DNA of 39,664 nt from a virus (taxonomy: Duplodnaviria; Caudoviricetes), in IMG/VR virus record IMGVR_UViG_3300020593_000005, positions 1 through 39,664 of that record. The stretch is one strand, 5' to 3'. The notes beneath the pieces are model-generated. The model did no database searches and was not told where the DNA came from. It worked only from the letters and a program-made list of their open reading frames with translations. Shown piece after piece: positions 6,969 to 15,667 of the stretch. A program made the position numbers and the translations under genes. Each line of letters opens with the position of its first letter. Within the stretch, counting starts at the first letter, position 1.

Positions 6969-7433
6969 ATGGCTGTGAACCACGCCTGGCAGGAAAAAAC
7001 AGTCTTGGCGCGGCTTGAGAAGGCTGCTGCCAATAACCTGCCGTGCCCCTCCAACAACGAATTGGCCGAACTTCTGGATGCTGCTTCGGTATCCACGCCT
7101 GTCAATGTTCTGGCCCGTCTCCAGCAAAAAGGGACGATCCAGATTGAGCGGTTCGCGACCAGCAGGATCGTTACGATTTGCGCGACCGGCAAGTCCACTT
7201 ATGGAGACCGGAGCAAAGCAGCGCATTGGCGTGTGACAGGGGCTAAGAATCCCGGAGCCTATACCGGACGAGGCCGCACGCCTTCCAGAGTTCCCGCTGT
7301 CATTCGCAAGGCGGGCCGCACAGATGAGAGCACACTCACATTCGTGAGCCGCGATCCTTGCCCTCGCTGCGGCGTTAGGCGCGATATCGGATGCCGGCAT
7401 GTCAGCGCTCCCCTCTCGATGGGAGCATTTTAA
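6969..7433 (+). CDS. LexA-N-like winged HTH protein with C-terminal Cys motif
   Basis: PCPSNNELAELL...LARLQQKGTI wHTH; CPRCG...GCRH; strong RBS. Confidence 0.65.
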   Translation: MAVNHAWQEKTVLARLEKAAANNLPCPSNNELAELLDAASVSTPVNVLARLQQKGTIQIERFATSRIVTICATGKSTYGDRSKAAHWRVTGAKNPGAYTGRGRTPSRVPAVIRKAGRTDESTLTFVSRDPCPRCGVRRDIGCRHVSAPLSMGAF

Positions 7434-7436
7434 CCC

Positions 7437-7703
7437 ATGCACCACCCGCAAAGCAGCCTCCCCGATACGAACGCAGTCCTCCGCGACCTCAATCGCGCGA
7501 AAGTCGCTTTCCAGATGCGCGCGCTCGCCACCGCCATCGGCTGTTCCTCCATCATCCGCGACGTGGACGGCGATGGCCTCATGCTCACGGTCGAGCCACT
7601 TCAATTCGTCCAGCCTGTCGGGTCGCCCGCAGGTGGCGCCGGGCACAGCCACAATCCGGCCCGGTGCGGTTCTGATTTCCTCCTTCATAGCGGAGATGAA
7701 TAA
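7437..7703 (+). CDS. Hypothetical protein
   Basis: Fills the operon gap; TAATG coupling to the next gene. Confidence 0.4.
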   Translation: MHHPQSSLPDTNAVLRDLNRAKVAFQMRALATAIGCSSIIRDVDGDGLMLTVEPLQFVQPVGSPAGGAGHSHNPARCGSDFLLHSGDE

Positions 7704-8200
7704 TGTTGCGAAGCAGCAATGTCTTGCCGCGCCCAATCGCGCTCACACAAACTTCTATGCAGAACGCCGTCGCCAGCATCGTGAAGGGCATCCAGTCCGA
7801 CACTGGTGAAAGCGATCAGGATACGGCGGATCGCCTTGGCGTTTCGGCGGGCACTATCGCCAATGCCCGCAATGGCAAGGCGTCCTTGTCCATGCTGACC
7901 GTCATGAAGATTGGTGAGGTCTACGGCCTCGACCGTCTCGCGCCCCTGTTCCACCTGATCGGCGGCAAGCTCGCTCCTGAGGCGGCGGTCTGCACGTCTG
8001 ACCGCGATTTACCAATCGGCGCGGCACGAGGGCAGATGTTCCTTGCTGAAGCACTGGCGGACAACCGGATCGACGATAGCGAACTGGCGAACGGCGCTGA
8101 GGATATCGAAGCGGCGGGGCAGGTGTTCGATGCGCTGCGCTATCGGCTGAACGTCCTTCGCGCGTCGGGGATCATCGTTACTCGCATGGGAGGGCGGTGA
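7703..8200 (+). CDS. CII-like HTH regulatory protein
   Basis: HTH DQDTADRLGVSAGTIANARNG; C-terminal ALADNRIDDSE motif typical of phage CII-like proteins. Confidence 0.65.
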   Translation: MLRSSNVLPRPIALTQTSMQNAVASIVKGIQSDTGESDQDTADRLGVSAGTIANARNGKASLSMLTVMKIGEVYGLDRLAPLFHLIGGKLAPEAAVCTSDRDLPIGAARGQMFLAEALADNRIDDSELANGAEDIEAAGQVFDALRYRLNVLRASGIIVTRMGGR

Positions 8201-8895
8201 TGCGCGTTGAAATTATCGGCAACGCCACGCTTTATCTGGGGGACGCGCGTGAACCTGATATTCTGGGGCAGATACTTGCCGACCAGAAGCCGGTCTGCCT
8301 GTTGTCTGATCCGCCGTTCGGCATTGGCTACAAGAGTGGACACGCCACCGATGCGCTTTGGGTAGGCGGGCGCACCATCGCCAATGATGAGAACTGCGAG
8401 GCACGGGATACGATAGCCTGCTTCTTTTCGCACCTGCCGATGCTCATGTTCGGCTCGCGCAAAGCTGCGCTGCCGCCTCATCATCGCATGACGCTGATCT
8501 GGGACAAAGGCCCCGCGCTCGGGATGGGCGATTTGCGCCTGCCATGGAAGCCGACCACGGAAGAAATCTACGTGATGGGCAGCGCCGCCGAGTTCGTGGG
8601 AACGCGTGACAAAGGCGCAGTTGTATATCATCCCCCGGTGCAATCCATGGCGAAGAATGGGCGCCAGCACCCGAACGAGAAGCCGGTGGGACTGCTGCTC
8701 AATCTCCTGCAGAGCCTACCCGCTGGCATGACTCTAGATCCGTTCATGGGAAGTGGCAGCACGGGCGTTGCTTGCATGAAAGAGGGGCGCCCTTTCGTTG
8801 GCGTCGAGATCGAACGTGCCTATTTCGACATCGCCTGCAAGCGCATCGAGGATGCCCAGCGGCAAGGCGACTTCTTCACGGAGGCCGCCGCATGA
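8197..8895 (+). CDS. Orphan N6-A/N4-C DNA methyltransferase (beta class)
   Basis: Motif IV DPPF, HPNEKP, then motif I LDPFMGSGSTG. Confidence 0.9.
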   Translation: MMRVEIIGNATLYLGDAREPDILGQILADQKPVCLLSDPPFGIGYKSGHATDALWVGGRTIANDENCEARDTIACFFSHLPMLMFGSRKAALPPHHRMTLIWDKGPALGMGDLRLPWKPTTEEIYVMGSAAEFVGTRDKGAVVYHPPVQSMAKNGRQHPNEKPVGLLLNLLQSLPAGMTLDPFMGSGSTGVACMKEGRPFVGVEIERAYFDIACKRIEDAQRQGDFFTEAAA

Positions 8896-9065
8896 ACACG
8901 GAAACCGCCCTCAAGGAAGCCGGACGGAAGGCGCGGACGCACATAACCGCCCGCGAACGTGATGAGATCGTGAAGATGCTCCGCACGCTCCCTATCGCTG
9001 AGGTCAAGGACAGGACGCGCCGATCCTACGGGACGCTCTGCAAGATCGCGGAGGTGTCGCTGTGA
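8892..9065 (+). CDS. Small HTH-like hypothetical protein
   Basis: ATGA coupling; GGAGG RBS. Confidence 0.55.
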   Translation: MNTETALKEAGRKARTHITARERDEIVKMLRTLPIAEVKDRTRRSYGTLCKIAEVSL

Positions 9066-9184
9066 AGCGCATCCGCCAATGGCTCGCCTGTCGCAGGCTC
9101 GCAAAGCTCTGCAAGGCCAATGTCGCCCGCCTCCAGTCCGCGCCTGCTCGCGATAGCTGGGGAAGGTTCATTCGACAGACTTGA
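9062..9184 (+). CDS. Small basic hypothetical protein (40 aa)
   Basis: GTGA coupling; GGAGG RBS; MKRIRQWLACRRLAKLCK. Confidence 0.45.
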   Translation: MKRIRQWLACRRLAKLCKANVARLQSAPARDSWGRFIRQT

Positions 9185-9261
9185 GAAATTCGCCGGGGCG
9201 TTTTGGGCCGCGCCCCGATCACCGCGAGACACGGCCCGTCCTACGCAAGGAGCATTATAGA

Positions 9262-9672
9262 ATGGAAGATTATGATGTGCAAACCGGGGAAATCCTTCCC
9301 CCCGCCGCCGATGGCAGGCCACTGCGCCCTGCCGCCAGCACGTTCGGGCAGTTCATCGGTTTTCTGGAAGACGGCCAGTTCGACGCCGATGTCGCCATCG
9401 CTCTGAAAGACATGGCCGCCGAGTTGCAGGACATAGCCGCACAGCAGGGTTCAGCCAAGGGCAAGCTGACGGTGGAGATCGACTTCAAGGTCGAGAATGC
9501 CATGTTCATGATCGCGGCCAAACACAAGATCAAGCTGCCCGATCCGGTTCGGCCCAAGTCGGTCGCATGGACCACAGAGGATAACCGCTTCACCCCGCAC
9601 AAACCCAACCAGGGCCAGCTTTTCGGGGTCCGCGACGTGACGCCGCGCGGTGGCCTGCGTGACGCGAACTAA
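9262..9672 (+). CDS. Conserved phage protein usually found upstream of DUF2303
   Basis: AAGGAG RBS; AKGKLTVEIDFK...KLP pattern. Confidence 0.75.
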   Translation: MEDYDVQTGEILPPAADGRPLRPAASTFGQFIGFLEDGQFDADVAIALKDMAAELQDIAAQQGSAKGKLTVEIDFKVENAMFMIAAKHKIKLPDPVRPKSVAWTTEDNRFTPHKPNQGQLFGVRDVTPRGGLRDAN

Positions 9673-9685
9673 GGGAGGGAAAATC

Positions 9686-10588
9686 ATGGAAGATCAAGGC
9701 ATCATCAAAGACGCGCGCTCGCTGGTCGAGGATTACATCGCGCCGACCATCGAGACGATGGAGGAACCGGGAACGGGCGTTAAGGCACCTGTCGAGATCG
9801 GCAAGGATGGCGTTGCCGCAATTCCATCCACCATCTTCGACGACTACCGCGCCAAGCCTGCGCGCCGGAAGGGAACTGCGACCCTGACCGATCTGGACAG
9901 CCTGATCGGGCACGTCAACCGCTTCAAGGATGACGATACGGTTCTGTTCGCCAGCGACAATCGATCGTCGCCTTCGATCACCGCCGTGCTGGACTATCAC
10001 CGCGCAGGCGCCGATGCCGATCCACGGTTCGGTCAGCATCGTGCGCGCTTCGCTTTCCCGCTCTCCGATGAATGGACAGCATGGAACGCGGGCAACAAGA
10101 AGCCGCTCCGCATGATCGAATTTGCTGCGTTCCTTGAAGATCGCATCATCGACGTTCTGGATGATGGCGGCGAACTGCCTGACGATATGGCGCGCTTCGT
10201 CAAGGCAATCGGTGGCAATATTGCCAGCCCGACAAAGCTGATGGAAATTGCTGTCGGCCTTAAGGTCAATGAGAAGTCGGCGGTGGGCGAGACGGTCAAT
10301 CTGTCCAGCGGCGAGGGCGAGATCAGCTTCGTCTCGCAGCATACCGATGGCGCTGGCAAGCCGCTCAAGGTTCCGAACCTGTTCCTGATCGGCATTCCCG
10401 TTTTCAAGAACGGACCGGCCTATCGGATAGCTGTTCGCCTTCGGTATCGGAAATCCGATGGCGGATTGTCCTTCTGGTATGAAATGTGGCGCGAGGACCG
10501 CGTTTTCGATGACGCCTTCCGTGAAGCTGTCGAGCGCGCCAAGGAAGAAACCGGCCTGCCCGTCCTGATGGGGACGCCGGAAGCCTGA
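9686..10588 (+). CDS. DUF2303 (YfdQ) family protein
   Basis: TAVLDYH, FGQHRA, FAAFLED and IGIPVF motifs. Confidence 0.85.
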   Translation: MEDQGIIKDARSLVEDYIAPTIETMEEPGTGVKAPVEIGKDGVAAIPSTIFDDYRAKPARRKGTATLTDLDSLIGHVNRFKDDDTVLFASDNRSSPSITAVLDYHRAGADADPRFGQHRARFAFPLSDEWTAWNAGNKKPLRMIEFAAFLEDRIIDVLDDGGELPDDMARFVKAIGGNIASPTKLMEIAVGLKVNEKSAVGETVNLSSGEGEISFVSQHTDGAGKPLKVPNLFLIGIPVFKNGPAYRIAVRLRYRKSDGGLSFWYEMWREDRVFDDAFREAVERAKEETGLPVLMGTPEA

Positions 10589-10589
10589 T

Positions 10590-10991
10590 ATGCTGACTTT
10601 CACAGTCCCCGGCACGCCCGTAGCGAAAGGTCGTCCCCGTCTCTCGACGCGGGGCGGCTTCGCGCGCGCCTACACACCGGCGCGTACCGTGGCCTATGAG
10701 GGGCTGATTGCCTTAGCCGCGCAGGATGAGATGGCTGGCCGGGGACTGTTGGAAGGCCCGCTGTCACTCTCAGTCATCGCCACTTTCCAGATCCCCGCAA
10801 GCTGGTCGAAGAAGAAGGCGGCTTCCGCATCATGGCACACCGGAAAGCCTGATGGAGACAATCTGCTCAAAGCGGTTGGTGACGGCCTCAACGGCGTCGT
10901 CTGGAAGGACGACAGCCAGGTCGCGAGCGCGAAGATCATCAAGCGGTATGGCGAAGTGCCGGGACTGCTTGTGGAGGTCGTGCAGCTATGA
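10590..10991 (+). CDS. rusA: RusA family Holliday junction resolvase
   Basis: PVAKGRPR; KPDGDNLLKAVGDGLNGVVWKDDSQV. Confidence 0.92.
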   Translation: MLTFTVPGTPVAKGRPRLSTRGGFARAYTPARTVAYEGLIALAAQDEMAGRGLLEGPLSLSVIATFQIPASWSKKKAASASWHTGKPDGDNLLKAVGDGLNGVVWKDDSQVASAKIIKRYGEVPGLLVEVVQL

Positions 10992-11188
10992 GCGCCAGAC
11001 CGATCGGAGAGATACTGCCAGGCATCATCGAGCGCTGCGCCGAGATGGTCGGCATCCAATACATCCTGTCCAAGATGGACACGGACCATGAGCGCAAGGC
11101 GTTCATTCTGGACTGCCACACGCACGAACTAATTGATGACGAGCAGTGCGCTCTCCTCATCACTGCACACATGTTGGAGGACGCATAA
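10988..11188 (+). CDS. Hypothetical protein
   Basis: Coupled to genes on both sides. Confidence 0.6.
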   Translation: MSARPIGEILPGIIERCAEMVGIQYILSKMDTDHERKAFILDCHTHELIDDEQCALLITAHMLEDA

Positions 11189-11529
11189 TGGCGCGCATAC
11201 GTTCAGTGCATCCGGGCCTTTGGACTGACGAAGCCAAGTGCACGCGCCTAGGCGTCACGCACATCTATGTCATTCAAGAGGGCGATAAAGGGCCGTGCAA
11301 GGTCGGTATCTCCCGCAACGCATTTTGGCGCAGGCAGGATTTGCAATCGGGCAATCACCGCCCTCTGCACCTTCGCGCCCTGTTCGCTGCCGATGATCGC
11401 GGCCATGCGCTAGTCGTGGAAGCATCGGCGTTCACTCACTTCTCAGGCTCGTATCTCTCAGGCGAATGGCTCGACCTTTCCCCCGATGTGATCGCCTCAT
11501 TCATCGAAGAGGAATTCACCCGTGGCTAG
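11188..11529 (+). CDS. GIY-YIG / T5orf172-like endonuclease carrying a replication-protein-like N-terminus
   Basis: IYVIQ...KVGIS...RRQDLQSGN...GEW motifs. Confidence 0.75.
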   Translation: MARIRSVHPGLWTDEAKCTRLGVTHIYVIQEGDKGPCKVGISRNAFWRRQDLQSGNHRPLHLRALFAADDRGHALVVEASAFTHFSGSYLSGEWLDLSPDVIASFIEEEFTRG

Positions 11530-12274
11530 GATTAGGTCTATTCACCCCGGATTCTTCACGGATGAAGAGCTTGTTTGTGTCAGCATGGCAGCGCGCCTGC
11601 TGTTCCTTGGGCTTGGCGTAGAGGCCGACGACAAGGGCGTTTTCGAGTGGAAGCCGCTCACCATAAAGATGAAAATCTTCCCGGCTGACAATCTGGATGT
11701 TGACGTCCTTCTTTCCGAATTACTCCACGCCAACGCTATCCGCCGCTATGAAATTGACGGTCGCAGCTTTGGTGCAATTCGGAATTTCCGCAAGTTCCAG
11801 AGACCCAAGACCCCCAACGACATCCACCCATCCTCACCTGAAATCCGCATTTATGTCGGGTTAGATAATCCCATTTCCGAAACACTTCCCCAATCCGGGG
11901 GAAACGCTTCCGAAATTCGTCCGCAGATGGAGGATGGAGGAGATAAGATGGAGGAGGAAGGAGAGAAAGAAAGAAAGGGTAAGGGCGCGTCCGCTGCGCG
12001 AACGCCAGCGCCTGAGTATGCTTTCTCCGGCAAGGTGATCCACCTGACCAAGCAGGATTTCGATAATTGGCGGGTCGCCTACCATGCAATCCCCGATTTC
12101 CGCGCGGAACTGTTGTCGCTGGATAGTTGGCTCAGTGGCCAGCCAGCCGAGAAACGGAAGGGCTGGTTCCACGTCACCAGCGGGTCACTTAACCGCAAGC
12201 ATCAGGAGCTTTTGCGGGAGGACCGCAAGACCGGCAAGCGAACGGTCGATCCTGAAATGCCGGAACACTGCTGA
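11522..12274 (+). CDS. Phage replication initiator protein
   Basis: MARIRSIHPGFFTDE...ADDKG...IRNFRKFQRPK N-terminal domain; low-complexity linker; lies upstream of the primase-helicase. Confidence 0.8.
   Translation: MARIRSIHPGFFTDEELVCVSMAARLLFLGLGVEADDKGVFEWKPLTIKMKIFPADNLDVDVLLSELLHANAIRRYEIDGRSFGAIRNFRKFQRPKTPNDIHPSSPEIRIYVGLDNPISETLPQSGGNASEIRPQMEDGGDKMEEEGEKERKGKGASAARTPAPEYAFSGKVIHLTKQDFDNWRVAYHAIPDFRAELLSLDSWLSGQPAEKRKGWFHVTSGSLNRKHQELLREDRKTGKRTVDPEMPEHC
11872..11985. other. Candidate replication origin within the initiator gene
   Basis: Repeated TTCCGAAA and GATGGAGGA motifs and a purine-rich tract in the linker-coding region, as in lambda O. Confidence 0.35.
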
Positions 12275-12825
12275 TGGACGCGGCCCTCCACCTCTCCGCA
12301 ATCGGCATCAGGCTGACCAGCTACGCCAACGGCGAGCACACCAGCACCTGCCCCGAATGTTCGCCCCATCGGAAAAAGAAGAAATTGCGCTGCCTGTCAG
12401 TGCTGATCGACGCCGATGGATACTGCTTTTTTTGCCACCACTGCCAATTTTCTGGAGGTTCCCGTGGAACTCAAGACGCCGCACAGAGACTGGCTCGACC
12501 AGCGCGCAATCGACCCGGCACTGGCCGAAAAATTCGGTCTGCATACCGTCCAGAAGGGCGGGAAGAACTGGCTTGCGGTGCCATACGTCGAGAACGGCAA
12601 GACCGTGAACCACAAGTATCGCGTCATCTCGGACAAGTCGCTCCAGCTTATGGACACGGACGCGCCGCTGGTGCTGCTGAACCACGACTGCCTGCTGGAC
12701 GAATCTCTCGCCAATCAGCCCCTGATCATCACGGAGGGGGAATGGGACTTCCTGGCGATCCTGACCGCTGGCAAGCGCCGGGTCGTGTCCGTCCCGAACG
12801 GCGCACCGAAGCAGGCCAGCGATGA
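12274..12825 (+). CDS. Primase zinc-binding domain (first ~62 aa), out of frame with the TOPRIM-helicase
   Basis: CPECSPHRKKKKLRCLSV...CHHCQFSG, a T7 gp4/Twinkle-type zinc ribbon. Confidence 0.7.
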   Translation: MDAALHLSAIGIRLTSYANGEHTSTCPECSPHRKKKKLRCLSVLIDADGYCFFCHHCQFSGGSRGTQDAAQRLARPARNRPGTGRKIRSAYRPEGREELACGAIRRERQDREPQVSRHLGQVAPAYGHGRAAGAAEPRLPAGRISRQSAPDHHGGGMGLPGDPDRWQAPGRVRPERRTEAGQR

Positions 12826-13921
12826 TCAGCAGCTAACCGAAGGCGCGCGCTATTCGTGGTTCTGGCGGCACGAAGCCGCACTGTCCAAAGTGAGGCAGGT
12901 CATCCTCGCGGTCGATAATGACGAGGCGGGCAAGGCTCTCGCGGCGGACCTTTGCCGCCTGTTCGGCCCTGAGCGGTGCATGTTCGTGGAATATCCCGAG
13001 CACTGCAAGGATGCGAACGATGTAGCGGTGCATCACAGTCATCAGCGGCTGTTGGAAATGCTCGACAGTGCCCGCCCCTATCCGGTCAAGGGACTGTATG
13101 CAGCAAGGGATTTCCCCGAGCAGCCCGCCTATACCTGCTATCCCACCGGCGTGGCCGAAGTGGACGAACTGTTTCAGGTCGTGCCACGGACGTTCACGGT
13201 CGTCAGCGGGTATGCCGGACAAGGCAAGACCAGTTTCCTGATGTGGCTTCTGGCCAACCTGATCCGCCGACAGGTTCATGTGACGATCGCCAGTTTCGAG
13301 ACGGACATCAAACCGATATTCATCCGGAAGTTGCGTGCTGCCCTGATCATGGCAGGGGAATTTTCACGCCACAGCCGCGAGGACATGGAATGGGCTGATG
13401 GGCTGATCGACCGATACACCGCCTTCATCTCGCACTCTCCCTATGACGACGATGACAGCCTGGGTGTTGAGGAAGTTCTGGAACTTGGCAGGGCAAGCGT
13501 CATCCGCAACGGAACCCGCCTGCTGCTGATCGATCCATGGAACGAGATCGACCACAAGCGCCGCTCCGACGAGACGGAAACGGATTACACCGGGCGCGCC
13601 ATCCGCATGATGAAGCGCTTCGCCAAGCAGAACGATGTTGCGGTCTGGATCATCGCGCACCCAGCCAAGCCTTTCCCCGGCAAGGCATCGGGAAAGCTCC
13701 CCGGCCTATATGACATCAGTGGCTCCGCGAATTGGGCCAACAAGGCGGACTATGGCCTGATCGTTCAGGCGAAGAACCGCGATTACTGGACTAGCACCAT
13801 CGCCTGCACAAAAGTTCGCATGGGCCTCCCCGGCAAGATGGGCAAGGTCGTCGTCCAGTTCGATCCGGCCAAGTCCACCTATGCCTATTACGGCGAACTG
13901 ATCGAGGATGAGGCAGCATGA
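12464..13921 (+). CDS. TOPRIM primase / SF4 (DnaB/T7 gp4/Twinkle-like) helicase
   Basis: GGAGG-N5-GTG start; IITEGEWD, DND, KDAND; Walker A GYAGQGKT; IDPWN, AHP and YDISGSA motifs. Confidence 0.9.
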   Translation: MELKTPHRDWLDQRAIDPALAEKFGLHTVQKGGKNWLAVPYVENGKTVNHKYRVISDKSLQLMDTDAPLVLLNHDCLLDESLANQPLIITEGEWDFLAILTAGKRRVVSVPNGAPKQASDDQQLTEGARYSWFWRHEAALSKVRQVILAVDNDEAGKALAADLCRLFGPERCMFVEYPEHCKDANDVAVHHSHQRLLEMLDSARPYPVKGLYAARDFPEQPAYTCYPTGVAEVDELFQVVPRTFTVVSGYAGQGKTSFLMWLLANLIRRQVHVTIASFETDIKPIFIRKLRAALIMAGEFSRHSREDMEWADGLIDRYTAFISHSPYDDDDSLGVEEVLELGRASVIRNGTRLLLIDPWNEIDHKRRSDETETDYTGRAIRMMKRFAKQNDVAVWIIAHPAKPFPGKASGKLPGLYDISGSANWANKADYGLIVQAKNRDYWTSTIACTKVRMGLPGKMGKVVVQFDPAKSTYAYYGELIEDEAA

Positions 13922-13922
13922 C

Positions 13923-14129
13923 ATGCCACCCAATCCCGGCCGCAATCCCTTCGAGGGCAATGACAGCCCTCCCCTCGTGGATATCGTCTTCCGAAACGGC
14001 GTCATCGCCCGCTCTGTCGAACCGCACAAGCGCAGGTGGAAGCCATGGCCTGACGGTTCATCCGCATGGGACATCGTTCGGTATCAGTCCGCAACGGGGA
14101 AGGATTATGAGATCTGCTGGCCCACATGA
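13923..14129 (+). CDS. Hypothetical protein
   Basis: VDIVFRNG...RRW...WDIVRY small phage-type domain; an alternative start at 13908 is possible. Confidence 0.55.
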   Translation: MPPNPGRNPFEGNDSPPLVDIVFRNGVIARSVEPHKRRWKPWPDGSSAWDIVRYQSATGKDYEICWPT

Positions 14130-14264
14130 AAAACGACCCGGCAGCATAACCGCCGGGCCAGGTGAGGTTGGAGTGTCCTCCAGCCTTCGGGTCGCAGCGG
14201 AAAGCTACACAGCCTTGGGTGATTCGCATTGCATAAAATGGACGTTGGGTGAAGGGGTTGGGGG

Positions 14265-14387
14265 ATGACGTTCTGGGACTTCTGCACATTCTGTGTGACG
14301 CTTTGGCTCGCGCGTAAATGGGTGCCCAATATTCTGAAATGGATCATGGAAGAGCGCCAGGGCACCACAAGGGACGGAGGTAGGTGA
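14265..14387 (+). CDS. Small hydrophobic protein (40 aa)
   Basis: G-rich RBS; stop overlaps the start of the NusG-like gene. Confidence 0.4.
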   Translation: MTFWDFCTFCVTLWLARKWVPNILKWIMEERQGTTRDGGR

Positions 14388-15058
14388 TGGGCGTAATTAT
14401 CGCGGTTGAGGCTGGCTGCGATGCGCCGGGACGCCTGCGAACGGATCGACGACATCAGTACGGATTTGGGGAGCATGTTGCGGTGACGGACACGAATGAT
14501 CGCTGGTGCATCCTTCGCATGTCGGGCATCTCGACGATCCCGGTCGCAACGGCACTGACGGACGCGGGTTTTACCGTCTGGACGCCAACGGTCACTGAGG
14601 AATGTCGGGTCGGGAAGGCGCGCGAACGCCGCGAGCGCAGCGTATCGCTCACGCCTGGCATCGTGTTCGCAAAGGACGACAGGCTACACGACCTGGCGGT
14701 GATGGCCCGTTCACCGGCACTGACGTTTCAGCGCTGGAACCCGGAGACGAAGCGCATGGAGCGGAAGGGCTGTCCGTCCTTTGCAGTATTCCGGTATCAG
14801 GGGCAGTTCCCCCGCATCAATGACCGCCATCTTGATCCGCTGCGGCAGGCTGAGCAGCGCGCCCAGCCGCGCGACCGTGGCCCGCACTTCAATGCGGGTG
14901 ATGAAGTCCGCATACCGTCTGCCGCGTTCGGCGGACTGTCGTGCGTTGTGGATGAGGTTCAGAGCAGGTTCGCTGTCGTCCGCCTTAATGGAGCCATGGG
15001 CGAGATGCGGATCAGGGTGGAGATGTGCGATCTTCTCCCAGCGAAAACGGCGGCTTGA
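14384..15058 (+). CDS. NusG/RfaH-like antiterminator (probable late-gene regulator)
   Basis: NGN-like WCILR..LTDAGFTVWTP..PGIVF plus KOW FNAGDEVRIPSAAFGG; occupies the lambda Q position. Confidence 0.8.
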   Translation: MMGVIIAVEAGCDAPGRLRTDRRHQYGFGEHVAVTDTNDRWCILRMSGISTIPVATALTDAGFTVWTPTVTEECRVGKARERRERSVSLTPGIVFAKDDRLHDLAVMARSPALTFQRWNPETKRMERKGCPSFAVFRYQGQFPRINDRHLDPLRQAEQRAQPRDRGPHFNAGDEVRIPSAAFGGLSCVVDEVQSRFAVVRLNGAMGEMRIRVEMCDLLPAKTAA

Positions 15059-15090
15059 CGCCGAGTCGCAGGATCGTGTATCTCTTGGGC
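15055..15090 (+). promoter_or_regulatory. Candidate late promoter (PR'-like)
   Basis: TTGACG-N18-TATCTC directly after the antiterminator gene. Confidence 0.4.
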
Positions 15091-15387
15091 GTTGCCGCGA
15101 TTTGCGGTGAAGGCATCTGCCGAAGTGTGGCTTAGCCACTGCGGTCGCCAACGTGCCAAGCATGTGCTTGGACGTGTGTGCGACGCAATGTCTGAAATTC
15201 TTATACTGTTCCGGCTCTGGCTGGTTTCTCCCGGTGCATCCTCTCCGCACTGATCCAGCTATCGGGCTTGCCCAAGGCCAGCGGCTAATCCATCGCTACG
15301 GCGGATGGTAACGCAGACATGCTTTGAGTGTCCGGGCTGGTGACGGGGATAATCTGGGTTCATGGCGTTAGCACGGTCGTCGTAATT

Positions 15388-15412
15388 GGAACCACCGGCA
15401 CCCTGGCTTGTT
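15388..15412 (+). promoter_or_regulatory. EcfG/SigT general-stress sigma promoter
   Basis: GGAAC-N17-GTT, 33 nt upstream of a GGAGG-preceded ATG. Confidence 0.65.
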
Positions 15413-15445
15413 GCCGTCCAAGCAACTCAAGCCGGAGGATGGCAG

Positions 15446-15667
15446 ATGGCTGATAATGACTCCAAGACCGTATACATCGAACGTCGCAGCGGCGGTGGCC
15501 TGATGGCGATAGTCGCTTTAGTGGCGCTGATCGTCATCGCGGCACTCGCCTACACCTATATCGAAAGCAACAATAACAAGAACGATGCGATCACGACTGC
15601 TGCGGGCAAGGTCGGAGACGCCGCGCAGGATGTAGGTCAATCTGCAAAGGATGCTACCGATCAATAA
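15446..15667 (+). CDS. Small single-pass membrane protein (moron)
   Basis: GGAGG RBS; TM helix followed by hydrophilic AAGKVGDAAQDVG tail. Confidence 0.75.
   Translation: MADNDSKTVYIERRSGGGLMAIVALVALIVIAALAYTYIESNNNKNDAITTAAGKVGDAAQDVGQSAKDATDQ

Noticed and set aside
6636-7736. 366-aa minus-strand ORF
   Set aside because: Antisense to coupled + strand early genes, with no motifs; GC-rich shadow ORF
8197-11529. Restriction-modification system (MTase plus nuclease)
   Set aside because: The genes are not adjacent, and RusA and the GIY-YIG have other explanations
12427-12433. T7 homopolymer run as the primase frameshift site
   Set aside because: It lies before the second Cys pair (CHHC), so shifting there would break the zinc ribbon
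15060-15380. tRNA gene at the usual post-Q position
   Set aside because: No cloverleaf with a TTC-containing T-loop and acceptor stem found by eye; tRNAscan-SE would settle it
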